Shown here piece by piece: positions 12,026-25,002 of a DNA stretch of 64,000 nt. This DNA comes from Takakia lepidozioides (taxonomy: Eukaryota > Plantae > Bryophyta): positions 28,644,001 through 28,708,000 of the forward strand of contig CM060734.1 of NCBI GenBank assembly GCA_030704615.1. Reading direction: 5' to 3'. The notes under the pieces are model-generated. The model did no database searches. It was not told the origin of the DNA and saw only the letters and a program-made list of their open reading frames with translations. Position 1 is the first letter of the stretch; every line of letters begins with the position of its first letter. The translations under genes and the position numbers were made by a program.

Positions 12026-14944
12026 GTGGAGGAGGCACACGAGCCCCAGTTTTTGCTTTACGTTAGAGAAGTGAAAGGAGAAGGCGATGGGGAGCCGAGC
12101 CCAGATTGGATCAAGGGGATTTTGGAGAAATACCAGGATGTGATGCCGGAGGATTTACCAAGCGGCTTGCCACCGCGAAGAGGAGTTGACCACAAGATTG
12201 AGGTGATACCGGGATCGGAACCGCCTGCCAAGGCGCCCTACCGGTTGAGCCACAGAGAGTTGGTCGAGCTGAAGACTCAGCTCAAGGATCTAATGTCAAA
12301 GGGGTACATCTGGCCGAGTAAGTCACCTTACGGAGCCCCGGTGCTATTTGCAGACAAGAAGGATGGGACGCTGCGGATGTGTGTCGTTTACAGGGCTCTG
12401 AATAAGGTGACTATCAAAAACCGGTACCCTTTGCCAAGGATCGACGACCTCTTCGATCGGTTGGCAGGAGCGAAGTATTTCAGCCGGATCGACTTACGCT
12501 CCGGCTATCACCAAATTCGGGTGGCGGAAGGAGATGAGGAGAAGACCGCGTGTAGGATAAGGTATGGTTCATATGAGTTCTTGGTGATGCCTTTTGGGCT
12601 CACCAATGCACCAGCGACATTTAGCACGCTGATGAACAGCCTTTTCCAGGAGTGGTTGGATGACTTTGTGATCGTGTACATCGACGACATCTTAGTGTAC
12701 TCGAAAACAAAGGAAGAGCACCTAGAGCACCTCAAAAGGGTGTTCCAGAAATTGCGGGAAGGGAAGCTGTATGCCAAAGCTTCAAAGTGCGAATTTGGGG
12801 TCACAAAAGTGGAGTTCATGGGGCATGTGATTACACAGGATGGGATCAAAATGGATGACAGAAAGGTGAGGGCGATCTTGGACTGGGAGCCTCCGATTTT
12901 GGTCCCGGGAGTGCGATCCTTCCTAGGACTCGCCTCCTATTACCGGAAGTATGTGAGAAATTTCGCCAAGATCGCGGGGCCGCTGTCGGACCTTCTGTGT
13001 AAATCCAAAGTCTGGGTATGGAACACATTTTGTGGCCAAGCTTTTGCTGAATTGAAGCAGCGGATGACGAAAGCTCCAGTCTTGAAAATCCCGGAGTTCG
13101 ATCGTCCGTTTGAGATTCATACAGATGCATCGGACTTCGCGATTGGGGGTGTTCTTATGCAAGATGGACGTCCAGTGGCTTACGAAAGTAAGAAACTGAA
13201 TGAAGTGGAGCGACAGTGGCCGACGCACGAAAAAGAGATGAAGGCGGTGGTGCATTGCCTTGAGCTCTGGCGCCACTATGTTGGTTCCAACCCAGTGAAG
13301 ATGTTCACGGACAATGTCACGGTGAAGTATTTTGCCACGCAGCCCAAGTTGTCCCCAAAACAACTTAGGTGGCAAGATACTTTGGCAGTGTTCGACGTGG
13401 ATATCCAGTACAAACCGGGACGGGACAATGTGGTGGCCGATGCTTTAAGTAGAAAGCAGCAGCTCTTGTTGGTGTACAAGGGCGAGACGGTGCTCCAAAG
13501 GAAGATCCGGAAGGCTTGCCGGAAGGATGAGCTGGCGAAGTCCGTGATGCAGGACTTGAGGATGGGGGTTAAATCGCAATTCCACTTGCAAAATGGACTG
13601 CTCCGGTATAAGCAAAAATGTCTCTACGTGCCGAAGGGAGGGATCAGAGATAGCCTCTTGAGAGAATGCCATGATAGCCCGCTTGCGGGCCACGGCGGAG
13701 CCAAGCGCACTGCGGCACTCTTGAAGAAAGAGTATTTCTGGCCCAAACTGAGGGAGGAGGCAGAGGAGTATGTCAAGACATGCACCACATGCCAACAAAA
13801 CCGGAGCGAGTACAAAAAGCAAGCGGGGCTGTTACAACCCTTGCCGATTCCAGAGGGGACTTGGGAAAGCGTCTCGATGGATTTCATGACTACTATGCCG
13901 CTGTCGAAAGGATTCGATGCAATCATGGTGGTGGTAGATAGGTTCAGTAAAATGGGCCATTTCATCCCCACCAAGGAGATGGCAACGGCGCAAGAGACAG
14001 GGCGACTTTACTTCGCCCACGTCTTAAAGCATCATGGAGTCCCGAAGGATATTGTCTCGGACCGCGATCCAAAGTTTACGAGTAAATTCTGGACGGCACT
14101 TTGGAAGAAGATGGGGACGAGGCTGAAGATGAGCACCGCCTTCCGACCTACGACGGACGGCCAAACGGAAAGAGTGAATTCCGTAGTGAAGCAATTCTTG
14201 CGGAATTATGTGTCGGCAGACCAATCAGACTGGATGGAACACTTAGACGCGGCAGAGTTCTGTTATAATAACACAGAACACTCCGCAACGGGAGTTTCCC
14301 CTTTCGTATTGGTCTATGGAAAAGCACCTCTGGTGCCGACAAGTTGGGCCACCCAGGACGTTGAGGAACCGGCAGTAGCGGCGGTACTGGAAGAACGCGA
14401 GCGTTTGTTGAAGCTCGCAAAGTACAATATTGCCAAAGCTAGGAAACGCTATGAAAGGCAGGCGAATCGGAAGCGGAGGGAAGTGAAGTTTGAGGCAGGC
14501 ACAGAGGTCTGGTTGAACATCAAGAATTTCCGACTACCTCCGGAAGTGAGTCCGAAGTTCGTACCTCCGTATGCGGGACCCTTTTGCATTCGAAAGGTTA
14601 TGAATGAGGATGTGTATGAATTGGAGCTGCCGGCAAACAGCAAGGTGCACCTAGTATTCCATGTCTCCCTTTTGAAACCTTACTTCAAAGATGAAGCGCG
14701 TCCGAATCGACATCAAGTGTTGCGTCCGCCACCTATGCTGTTGGATCATGAAAATGAACCTGAGTACGAGGTGGAGGCAATACTTAAGTCGAGGAGGTTC
14801 AGGAACCAAGAAACGGAGTATCTCGTCAAATGGAAGGGCTATCATCATGTGGAGGCATCTTGGGTGCGTGCCTCAGAAATGGGAAACGCATCCGAGGCGG
14901 TTGCAGCTTTCGAAGGGCGACCTCAAAAGCGGAAGAAGCGTTGA
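12026..14944 (+). CDS. pol: pol: RT, RNase H, integrase and C-terminal chromodomain
   Basis: [20 protein letters not shown] integrase, AGPF (GPY/F-like), YEVEAIL...YLVKWKGY chromodomain; open for 972 aa. Confidence 0.96.
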   Translation: MEEAHEPQFLLYVREVKGEGDGEPSPDWIKGILEKYQDVMPEDLPSGLPPRRGVDHKIEVIPGSEPPAKAPYRLSHRELVELKTQLKDLMSKGYIWPSKSPYGAPVLFADKKDGTLRMCVVYRALNKVTIKNRYPLPRIDDLFDRLAGAKYFSRIDLRSGYHQIRVAEGDEEKTACRIRYGSYEFLVMPFGLTNAPATFSTLMNSLFQEWLDDFVIVYIDDILVYSKTKEEHLEHLKRVFQKLREGKLYAKASKCEFGVTKVEFMGHVITQDGIKMDDRKVRAILDWEPPILVPGVRSFLGLASYYRKYVRNFAKIAGPLSDLLCKSKVWVWNTFCGQAFAELKQRMTKAPVLKIPEFDRPFEIHTDASDFAIGGVLMQDGRPVAYESKKLNEVERQWPTHEKEMKAVVHCLELWRHYVGSNPVKMFTDNVTVKYFATQPKLSPKQLRWQDTLAVFDVDIQYKPGRDNVVADALSRKQQLLLVYKGETVLQRKIRKACRKDELAKSVMQDLRMGVKSQFHLQNGLLRYKQKCLYVPKGGIRDSLLRECHDSPLAGHGGAKRTAALLKKEYFWPKLREEAEEYVKTCTTCQQNRSEYKKQAGLLQPLPIPEGTWESVSMDFMTTMPLSKGFDAIMVVVDRFSKMGHFIPTKEMATAQETGRLYFAHVLKHHGVPKDIVSDRDPKFTSKFWTALWKKMGTRLKMSTAFRPTTDGQTERVNSVVKQFLRNYVSADQSDWMEHLDAAEFCYNNTEHSATGVSPFVLVYGKAPLVPTSWATQDVEEPAVAAVLEERERLLKLAKYNIAKARKRYERQANRKRREVKFEAGTEVWLNIKNFRLPPEVSPKFVPPYAGPFCIRKVMNEDVYELELPANSKVHLVFHVSLLKPYFKDEARPNRHQVLRPPPMLLDHENEPEYEVEAILKSRRFRNQETEYLVKWKGYHHVEASWVRASEMGNASEAVAAFEGRPQKRKKR

Positions 14945-15852
14945 TGGGGACATCAACCTTGGAGCGTGGGGGAGGAAATGCATGCTTAGCCCAGTTTAGC
15001 TAGCTCAGGAATCCGATTGCAAAAACTTGTATTATACAAAAATTTGTTATAAAGGAAATGGGTTCCAAATATTGTGCGTCCTATTGTGTTTGGAAAGGTG
15101 ATGCATGGTGTGGTTGGCTAGTGTGTAGAATGCATGCTAGCTTACAAAAAGTGGGAGAGGTAAATTGGGTTAATCGTGTTTTAGCGCAGTGCCAAAATCG
15201 GGTGACTCCCATCCAAGGGGCAAGGAAACTTGCGCCTTCTTTGGGAGTTCACGTGCTAGTGCGCACCTGGCGCGTGCGCGTACTATAACTGCGCTACCGA
15301 GGGGGGTTGCCTTGTAGTGCGGGCTAACGCGGAAGCTACGTGCTTCCGTTCATATACTATAATCGTGTAGCCTCGGGACGAAGTCGTAGTGCGGCTTCGG
15401 CGTGTTCCCGTACCTCAGGCCAGCATTCCAAGGCGGACCCAATTGTAGTGATTGGGGCGCACGGTTGGTTCAAGGTTATCTTCCTAGTCAAAGAGGGTTC
15501 CAGGTGAACCCTTGCTCAAGGTGATGCCGAAAGCGGCATCATGAGCGATCGCAAGCAATGTTGTTGCAGTAAGGCGATTCGATCCTCGGGGAGGATCGTT
15601 CCTTGGCCTTGAAGTAGGCCAAGAAGAGTGCACTGGGAGGAGCTGGAGAGGCTCCACCCTTGGCCGGGACTTGGAGGAAGTCGGCCGAACTAGCTAGTGG
15701 AGAGTAGAGTCAAGTGTGGGGTTTGGTTCTTTGCCATGGGACGCCATGGTGCGGAAACAAACTCCTTGATGTGGGACGCCACAACTTGGATGTTCGTTTC
15801 TACAAAATGGACAAGTCGATGAGGACATCGACTCCCTGTTGGTAGGGGTGTG

Positions 15853-16580
15853 TGTCGCGGCCCTTTGCCTTGAGGGCAGGGGGGGTCGGGACACATAAGG
15901 GGCTGCCCCTGTGGTGGGGGCAGCGGCAGCGATAGGTGAGGGGGGCTGAAGCACCCTTGAGTGCCCAAGGCACTCAGGGAAGCGGAGGCGCTCACTAGGT
16001 GGAGCCCCGCACACCGGGTTGCGGTGGGGGTGGCTCCACAAGGGGTGGTGGTAGCTTAGTGGGACTTAGTGGGGGTGGCATAGGACTCACCATGGGGGCG
16101 GAGACCTCGTGGTGGGAGTCGTGGGGAGTCTTGGGACTCATCACGGTCCATAGGGGCCGTGGTGAGCGGGCCAAGACTCACCGCGACTCACCACCGGGAG
16201 TCGAGGGTTTTCGTGGTGGTTCGCCATAAAATGGCATGGCTAGTTGTGGAACCCCCGCGGACAGCTACAGAAGTATATATAGGGAGTAGTAACCCCGAGA
16301 ACGGTGCAAGCCCGTTGGTGACCAAAAACTAGTGAGTAAGCGAGCGAGCCGGAAAGCGACCAAAGAGTGGGGAGCTGTTCCGGACTGCCATCTACCAAAG
16401 GGAATTCTCCTAGTCCCAATTAGGTGGAGGGTTTAGAGGGAGGCGAAGGGGGGACCGTTATGTCCCGGTGAGCAGCCAAAACTCCAAGTTGGCCGGGCGG
16501 CCAGGTTGGGAGTCAGGCGCGCGCATCAAAGCGAGTAACTATGACTTGAAGGGGAGCTTACCGAAGTGAGGTGCGCGACA
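15853..16580 (+). repeat. 3' LTR
   Basis: Direct repeat of 9601-10326, preceded by a purine-rich PPT. Confidence 0.97.
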
Positions 16581-16637
16581 CGTCTACTGTGCTAATTGTG
16601 CAAACAAATCTTTAGCCCTGTGCCTTCTGAATACAAG

Positions 16638-17201
16638 TCACGTTGTCAATGGGACTTCGACTGCTCTGAAAACTAGCTCATGAGTCATCGGGCTCCTCCA
16701 GGTAAACTGGATTGCAGCCGTTGTACCGCCCCTATTGATGTTCACCACAATGTCGTGCCCTTCAAACATACCACCATCGAATATGGAAAGCTTCACGTTT
16801 TCGTCGTCCACACCAATGCAAATGTCCCCATACAATGGAGAAGAGGAGCGCACTCCTTCAGGAGTATAAGTCTCTCCGATGGAGTCCACCCACGTCCACT
16901 GGCAGCAGTTCCACCACAACAGCATAGCAGTGCGCATTCTTCTGCATGGGTGCCCGTCGTAGCTGGGAAAATCGGAATCAAGGATGCACAGGAGCCACGG
17001 ACTCCTCAGACCAAGATCGTCACCCCGCTCGAAGGCGTACTAGCCTGGGATATACTCAAAAGCGGACAATGTTTCCACATTCGAACCAGTATCTTCTGTG
17101 TAATCTGTGTACCAGATAACAATGTCTCCCGATGTGGCCGAATACATTGCATAATCGAAGCCTCCATAAGGGCAGTCATCCCGGTTCCGGAAGCACGGCA
17201 T
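16638..17201 (-). pseudogene. unknown protein of about 190 aa, paralog 1 (one internal TAG at 17040)
   Basis: MPCFRNRDDCPYGGFDYAM...WWNCCQWT...YGDI...DGGMFEGHDIVV...ELVFRAVEVP aligns with 17758-18326. Confidence 0.7.
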
Positions 17202-17757
17202 CCTTGCAAAGGAGGACCTGAGGACGTCTTTGATGCCGATGACAATGACCTTGCGGACAGCAACGAAGCCCTTAGATTTTCGAAATGATGAGAAGCGGAA
17301 GAGCAGTGCGGGCTCCAATAATGGAGCATCTGGGTCACACGTACCCACCAATCATCATGTAACGTGTTCATCACGCCAGCGGTGGATGAACCGATACCTC
17401 TTTCTCATCCACGGGGTATAGTTTGAAATCTGCCACCGAAGTCCATCCCCCGGATGGAAATTCGGCGCCGCATTTACATTGAAGGGGGGATTGACTTCGT
17501 CATCTCGAGTGGCTATAGGCCCACCTGGCACTTACTGCCCATACTTTGCATGGCAGGGAAGGAAACTGAAACGACTACATTCATGGAGCAGCCAATCTTC
17601 ATCCGTGCAGGTTCCTGTCGGGGGGACATTTAAATGTGCCCTGGAGTGTTTGTGAGGAATTGCAGCGTTTGCTTGAATTTCTTCTAGCCACCGCGCTGCT
17701 GCCTCCTCTATCCGGGAGTTGCTGTCATTGAGCGTACTCCGCTACTCTTTTTCAAGG

Positions 17758-18326
17758 ATGTCGTGCCGCCGAAATCCTGCTGACTGCCCTTATCATGGCC
17801 ACGATTATGCTATGAATCAGGAGACATCATTGTCTGGCTCTCTGTTTTCACAAACGCTTCTGGAATCAAGCGGGAGTCTTTTTGCGCAATGGAGTATCTG
17901 GAGGGCTATTACCGCTTTGAGCGGGGTGAGGGCGAGGGTCAATGCAGTCCGTGGGTCCTGAAAATTGTTGACCTCGATATACCAAGGTGGAATGGGATGC
18001 CGGACAGATCACGCACGGCCTCACTTTGGCGCTGGAACTGCTGCCAATGGACCAGGGAGGACGGCACTGGGGAAAACTATATTCGTGGAGTTCACTCCGC
18101 TTTTCCAGTGTATGGAGACATTCGGCTGAGTTGCGAAGACGAATCGCACGGGCACAGGAGGCCCACAGTGACCTTGTCAATGTATGATGGTGGTACGATT
18201 GATGGGCATGACATTGTCGTCACCTCCACCAAGGGCACCATGTCGACCGCATTGCAGTTTACCTCGAGGTACCGCATCAGTAATGAGCTTGTTTTGAGGG
18301 CTATCGAAGTTCCGTCGACTTGGTGA
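17758..18326 (+). pseudogene. unknown protein of about 190 aa, paralog 2 (frameshift before 17889)
   Basis: MSCRRNPADCPYHGHDYAM...WRWNCCQWT...YGDI...DGGTIDGHDIVV...ELVLRAIEVP. Confidence 0.7.
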
Positions 18327-18603
18327 CGCCCATATAGAAGGAGAAAGGGCTTAGATTTGTCTGGAGTTGCTAAATGTGAGACACCGTGTTCGATCAATAA
18401 AACAACCCATCGTACCTCACTTCTGTGTGCTTGTGTTTCATCGTGTTCAAGAACTGTCGTAATTGGCCCACTGTTTACAATTTGAGGTCTCATTTCTACA
18501 ATGTGTCTGTCCATATGAATGTACCGGAGTCAGCGATATCAGAGTCCTAAGGTGAAGAAAATCCATCTATGAGTAAAAGGAAACATGTACACGCCGAAGC
18601 TCA

Positions 18604-19376
18604 GAAATTCGGCACCGCATTTCATTTTTCTCCATGCAGCGATTTCTGGCAGCTCCCTTTCCTCCGTTGTCGTCGTAACGGAAATGCTGTACATCATTTC
18701 ATTTCCTGACATGGCATTACCATACTTCGAATTTGAAATGCGGCGCCGCATTTCCATATTGGACCTTGAATTGTCCGAGCATGTCCAGTCGCTAATGCTT
18801 GTCCATGTCCATACTTGAAATGCGCCACCGCATTTCCATGTCCGTCATCGAAATTTCGTACCGGCCAATGAAATGCGGCACCGCATTTCCGGAGAGCACA
18901 ATGGAATGCGGTGCCACATTTCCGTCGAAGGGTCTGGAATTGGACAAACAACGATGTCCGTTTTGGAAATGCGGCGCCGCATTTCCATGTACGTCATCGA
19001 AATTTCTTATTGGACAATGGAATGCGGTGCCGCATTCCCGTCTAGCATCATGGAATGGGGAGCCGCATTTCTGTCGATGGGTCTACAGTTGGAAAAATGT
19101 CCATCTCCAAAAGGTAAATGCGGCACCGCATTTCCATGTTCGACCTCCGCATTTCCATTTACCTCCATGGAAGGAGCTGGCAATCGGCAAAACTGCCGTG
19201 TTGGAACGGAAATGCGGCACCGCATTTCTGTTTGTCCGAACAGTTTCTGATGTCCAAACCATGAAACGGAAAATTGTTCTTGCCCCGGTTTTGGAAATGC
19301 GGTGCCGCATTTCCAAAGGAGGTTTTTGCAGTTGCCACATTTCCGTTCCGACATTGAAATGCGGTGCCGCATTTCA
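18604..19376. repeat. array of about 12 palindromes GAAATGCGGCGCCGCATTTC (MULE A, downstream of the MTase gene)
   Basis: Copies at about 18604, 18735, 18817, 18870, 18903, 18966, 19019, 19052, 19115, 19209, 19294 and 19356. Confidence 0.9.
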
Positions 19377-19512
19377 GATTTTGGGAGGGACCAGGTTTGG
19401 ACGATGTTGTCGTTGAGAAGCACATGGGAGAGGGGACATGAAGGATAGGGAGAATTTCCTTTATATACTTTGGAATAGAATTTAAATGTACAGAGAGTTC
19501 ATTAAAATTCTA

Positions 19513-22500
19513 TTAATCTTGAAAATCATCACTATCGTCGTCCTGTCCTTGAATGTCCCGCTCCGCCTCCACCCCGTCATTGTCTTTCTCATCTCCAGCG
19601 GACTGCTCGTTGGCCAGGCTTTCGAAAATCCCATCTTCACCTTGCGGAACCGACCATCTCACCTCCGTTGGCTCGTCATCCTCCCTGTCTGCATCGCTCT
19701 CATCCGCTGAATCACATATGAACTTTCGCACCCGTCTACCTGTCTCAGCTGTTGCCAACTCTTTCCTTATCCTTCTGTCCTCCCTAGCCCTCTCCAAAAT
19801 CTGCTCTACTTTACTGGGATTCTCACATCGTCTAATCGCTGTATTTGCGAGTTTAGCTGCATAACTAGGAAGGGAGTAGTCCTTCACCGGGCTTGTCGTG
19901 AAGTCGGCCCTCGCAAAGAACGGGACATTCTTCCTGGCAGGAAGTGTAGGCCCTACATGTTTCGACCCGGATCCTGGAATCCTGCACATAACAATCACCA
20001 ACGAGACCAATGAGAACCACAGTCCAGAAATGCGTTTGACAAAAAATCACCCAGAAGGCTTTGCAAACTTACAATGTTTGCACTCACTCGTATTCCGGGT
20101 TCTCCTCGGCATCAATGTCCACTGTATCTTCCTCCGACTCCGACGAATCCGAGGAGTCTTTGGCTTCGATGGGAGCCTTCACATTCCGTTGCAGCCCTTC
20201 CAGATGGGATCCCCAGACGGATGTGTCCTCCTCGTAGGCAAAGAGGTGCCGGTTGGAAAACCGCCCAGCCCACATTGAGGCACCTGTTACAATGCCATCC
20301 ACACATTATGACATGGCCCTTCAGATGTTGCGAATGAAAGCATAACGAGAATTTGCAGAACAACATACAACAAGATTATGCATACCTGTCCCACACATGA
20401 GGTCGAGCACTGTGCCCTCCACATCCGTGCATGTCTCCATAATTGTCTGAATGAAGGCAGGGCTCCGAGTGTGTGAATACCGCAGGGGTTCAGTTGAAGT
20501 GAGGCTATGAGGGAGAAGTTCCGTGGGAACGTTGTTGAACAAGACGTCGTAATCGATGGGGTCGCAGTTCGGGTCAACCAACAATCCCTCCTTCCGGAAA
20601 GCAAAGGTGGAGTTCTCCTTCACAAAGCAGTATGCATCAAACTGCTTCGTCTGCATACACAGTGGGGAACGATTAGAAATCGAATGCGGCACCGCATTTC
20701 AAAACTCCAAAGAAAATGAAAGGACAAGTGCCAATGTCGTAATTACCTTCTTCCCTTCCGACCGAAGGCCCAATGTGTTGATGCACGTCCACTTCTTCTT
20801 CAGAATTGGGACGGCGCTCTTGCGGGTCCACTTCGCAATTCCTGTCTGCGTGTTTTTGCCTCTGCTCGCCAGGACAACCACACAGCCTCTGTCGTCCAAC
20901 ACCATGCGGGCGAGCCCGAATCCTTTCTTCCAAAAGTCCTCGGAGTACCTGTTCCAAGATGGCAAAGCTTGCAGTCCTTCCACAGGCTCTCTGTCCGGAA
21001 TATCCAAGATGATCATATCGCAAGACCACTCGGTGGCATTTCCGCCCCTCCTGCAATCCTTGTCTACACACACCCTCTCAAAGAACGAGACCATCTTCAG
21101 AAACCCAGGGGTGTTGGAAGGCTCTTCGGTAGCCGCCTTCTTCAGTGCTTTGCCCTTCAGACCCTCCATGGTCTTCATGTATGCCAACTTCGCTGCCCAT
21201 CCATCCAAAGTCGCCAAGAAACTCTCATTCACACACTGGACTACTGTATCGGGATCCACTTTTGGCCTCTTCATTTCCACCGGCTCGAAAGGGTGCCCCC
21301 CCGGGGGGTTGAAGAGTGCCTTCTTTGCCGATAGTTCTCGTCCCTCTCGTGACAACGGTGGGCACAGGGGATTTCGGCTGCGTCTCGGGGGGTGGGCTGG
21401 TTGCAAAGTCTCCATCGGAGTCCTCTTCCTCACCCTCTACCTGCACTATCTGTTTTTGCTTCTTCGTTTTCTTGGGTGTCACAACTGCTACTCCTTGCTG
21501 GCGAGTCCGCTTCTTGGACCCCTTCTGTTGAGCCTGCACAGCTGCATCCACCGTCTTCTGTGCCATCTCAGCTGCCTTTCTGGATTGTTCCAGAGCAGCA
21601 GCTTCCTTTGCCGACTCTGGCCGAGCAGGGACACGTCTTTCCTTTATCTTCTCTTCTGCTTTCGCGTGCAGATCTTTCTCAGACTCGTCAACAATTCCGC
21701 CAGACATGTCCAGGTACCACGGGCATCCAACCAGATGCGCGGCATGCCATTGTTTCTGCATCTTGGGTGTGTAGACACAGCTTGGGCCCGCCACGGTCCA
21801 AGCCATGAAGAACGGGGGCTCTTGAGCCAGGGCCCCTCTCTGAAGAAGCACGTATTTCATATACCTGCAGGGCAGTCAGCATGCATGAGCAAAAGTTGAG
21901 ACCAACGTACTCGCAGAGTGCAACCGAAAACTTAAAATGCGAATGCGGTGCTGCATTTCCCAAACAAACCTCATAACCAGGCTTCGCATACAAGGACAGC
22001 TGGGCTTCACCTGTAAACAATTCGCATTGCAGCTTTTCCCGCTCCCTCTTGATATATAAACTCCACGCTCCTTCTTGCTGTCTGCAGCTCCCAAGCGAAG
22101 AGGTTGTCCTTGTACGCACATCTGAAACGTGTCACGTAGTCTTCCAATGTCTGTGTTCCATCCCATTTGACGTACAAGCCGAACGAATTTGTATGCATTA
22201 CGACTTGCTCCTTCGCATTCGTCATTACCTGCGATTCCCACATGCATTGTCACGTAGCAGTTCAGGGAATTCATTTCAGAAAAGCAAATCTGGGGAAGTA
22301 CCTTGAATTACCTGGAACCACCAAGTCATGCGGTTGAGCCACACATCCACTGCAGGGTCGGAAACTTCGAGTGGAAAAGATCACATTGTCCAGAAGAGTG
22401 GCTATTGCTAGGAAGGAACTTCAGTGCATTGAAACATCACCTTCTCTTTCGCTTCAACACATGCCGTTGAGAGGTGATGCAGTTTCTCCAACTGCATGGT

Positions 22501-24662
22501 CGGCTGCATGGTCCGAGAATAGTGTTTTGCAATCTCGGGGATGAAGTCCTTTCCAAGTGTCGGATCTGCAATGGCCACCAGCTTCACAAGCTTTGACTTG
22601 TATTTTGTTCTGGACTTGACCCCGGCTTTCTTCAAGTGCTCAGTCAATGACTGCAACGTTTTGACCTGCCCCTCACTTTCCATGAAGAAGCGTTTGGCAT
22701 GGGCCAAATCCAGCTTGATGTTTGACTGCCAACAAAAACATGCAGAAGCGTTACATTCGATTCATGTGGAAAGATTACTGAAAATTGGGGAAGGATGAGC
22801 AAAGGGAAATGAGAGGACGACTTACTTCGTATATCACCTCCACCATTCCATCCATAGTGAGACAATACCATGTCCGGTCTGTTTTTGCCACGGCTTTCTG
22901 AATGAGCTCGGGCTCCAGCATTTCCGCAAACATGTGCGGATCAGTGAGACCAGTTTTCCTCACCCTGTACAGCATATGTGCCATGTGGGTATGCACGTAC
23001 GCATTTTCAGTGACCCTGCAAGGCACACTCTCCAGTTCAGTCCACGAAAGCACGGAAATAAAACAGATTGGAAACCGAAATGCGGCATCGCATTTCGAAC
23101 GTGCTTGGGAGGGTATGAGTATCTTATGAGTTGAGGTCCGCCATGGCATTCTTGAGCAGGGAGGAGTCTGCCGCCTTCACCTTGAGGATGACACACTCCA
23201 CCATGTAATGCCAACCAATGTGCTTGGCATGGTTCTACTTGGTGTACTCCCACCAGGCGAGAAGTCGGTGATTCCCGTCCCACACAAAGAACATTTTACC
23301 TGACATATGGCCGAAGTTTGGATCACCCTTCAGCGTTGCCTCGAATTCGTCGTTGCGAGTGTGCCAGTGGGTATCCCATGTTGACAATTCATCCGCAATG
23401 GGTCCACGAGATTCGCCGTCCTCATTCTCAAGGGAAACGTAGAAGGCTGACGAACCTAGACGGTACCCTTCTCGAAATGCGAACTTGAGCTTATCCACAT
23501 CTCCGGGAAGTGCCTGCTTGACGATGGGAAGGGAGACCATGCAACAGAGTGGGATTCGAAGAGTCCGCTGGAATACCCTGCTGCCCAGAACTCTGCCAAT
23601 GCTACTATGTGTCTCCTCCAACATTGTATCCGCTGCACTTTGGAATTCCTCCGGAGACATTTCTGCTGGTGGCGGTAGGGGCTGAGCAGCTGGAGCATCC
23701 CCAACTGGAGCTGCACTATGGGGAATCTTTGTGGACAATTCTGCAATTGCAGAGGCCTCCTCCGGGCCTGCAGTATTATGAAGATCTTCCTCAACGGTGG
23801 TCAGGTCTTGCTGCAAACGTTGAGAGGTAGCACCCTCCTCCGGTACTAGATCGCCGAAATCGGTCGATCCCATTGCCTTCGCTGCAGCAGAGACGCCCCC
23901 AACATCACGAGGCTGGAAATCAAGCAGGAATTGGGCTTCAGCTCGTGGAATCGGTTTTGCGGGAGACTGCTCCGCCCTCCCCCTGATTGCCTTCTGCTTC
24001 CTCATTCTTGCAGGTGAAGGTGTCTGCTGCAATTGAATCTGCTTCATTCGCCTGGGTGGGGGGGAAACGGCCTGGTCTGGTTCAGAAACAAGTTGAAGGA
24101 CGGGCTGCTTCTTCTTCGTCTTTGTTGGAGAAGGGCTAGACCCCTGCAGGCGATTCTCCATGACCTTCGAACGCGAGTCGCTCTCTGGGGCTTTGAACTG
24201 CAAAGACTTGCCCTTCGAAGCCGCGTCCTTGAAACGCACAGGGCTAGGCCCGGCAGGAAGACCCGTGCTTGTGGATCGGCTGGGTGTGCGTGCTGCAGCT
24301 AGCTCCACGGACTTTGCATGCGGCTCTTCGGATTCCTGCGATCCCTCCAGCACGTCCACCTTTCCGGTTAGGCATGCAAACATCTTCTGCATTCAAGTCT
24401 CTTAGCATACAGTCTAAGAATTGCAGAAGAAAAATGAGGCGGGTTTCGGTGCTCGATCAGCTGGCGAATCCTGATAGCACGGAGCTCTCACTGGTGGCTG
24501 GGTTGCCTGCGTGGCCTGATGCTGCGAGATGACAATCTCCTCCTGTAGACGCATCTGCTTCCTCCCCTTCGGCATTGGCCTACGTCCGAAGTACAATTTG
24601 CAGAGCTTGCGACGATGTCTCTTCTCTGGTGCACGCACTCCCTCCCTCTCAGGTTCGAGCAT
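19513..24662 (-). pseudogene. multi-exon ParB/Srx-like plus beta-class amino-DNA-methyltransferase-like gene (MULE A)
   Basis: FFVWDGNHRLLAW (ParB-like, about 23240-23290); CDMIILDIPD (motif-IV position, about 21000); RSPAFIQTIMETC..GTVLDLMCGTG|ASMWAGRFSNRHLFAYEED (motifs X-I-II); acidic tail; GT-AG introns shared with copy B; premature TAG at 23235. Confidence 0.8.
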
Positions 24663-25002
24663 AAGAAGAACAGAGACAGGGAAAAGGGGCGATGGAAAGG
24701 GCGCGAGAGGGGTGACTGAGGAGACACGACAAAAGAAGATGAAACGGCGGTGATGCACCACTTGGGTTTGAAAGGGTTGGACGAAAGTGTCTCCTCGTGG
24801 ACTTTGCGTCATTACGAAATTCGAATCGTTCAGGGTACGCCTGCCGTCCGAAAAACAAACATCATTATCCAACGGTCAGGCCGTGCCGCCTCATGCCACT
24901 TCAGTCAGATAGAGTGCAGACATGTGCCGCAATTCCGTTGCTCCACGTGTTCACATTTCATGGCATTTCCGTCCCAGCGTCTGATGAGTTGGAGTGAAAA
25001 TG

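Larger units (their letters stand above)
9601..16580 (+). mobile_element. full-length chromodomain Ty3/Gypsy (chromovirus) nested in MULE A
   Basis: LTRs 9601-10326 and 15853-16580 differ at about 10 positions; PBS 10329-10340; PPT 15841-15852; flanks AGTCT/CGTCT. Confidence 0.97.

Noticed and set aside
19513-24662. Ordinary host gene, or several independent genes
   Set aside because: It lies between transposon ends in two copies and the exons are collinear with shared splice sites; one gene is the simpler reading, though unconfirmed without RNA data
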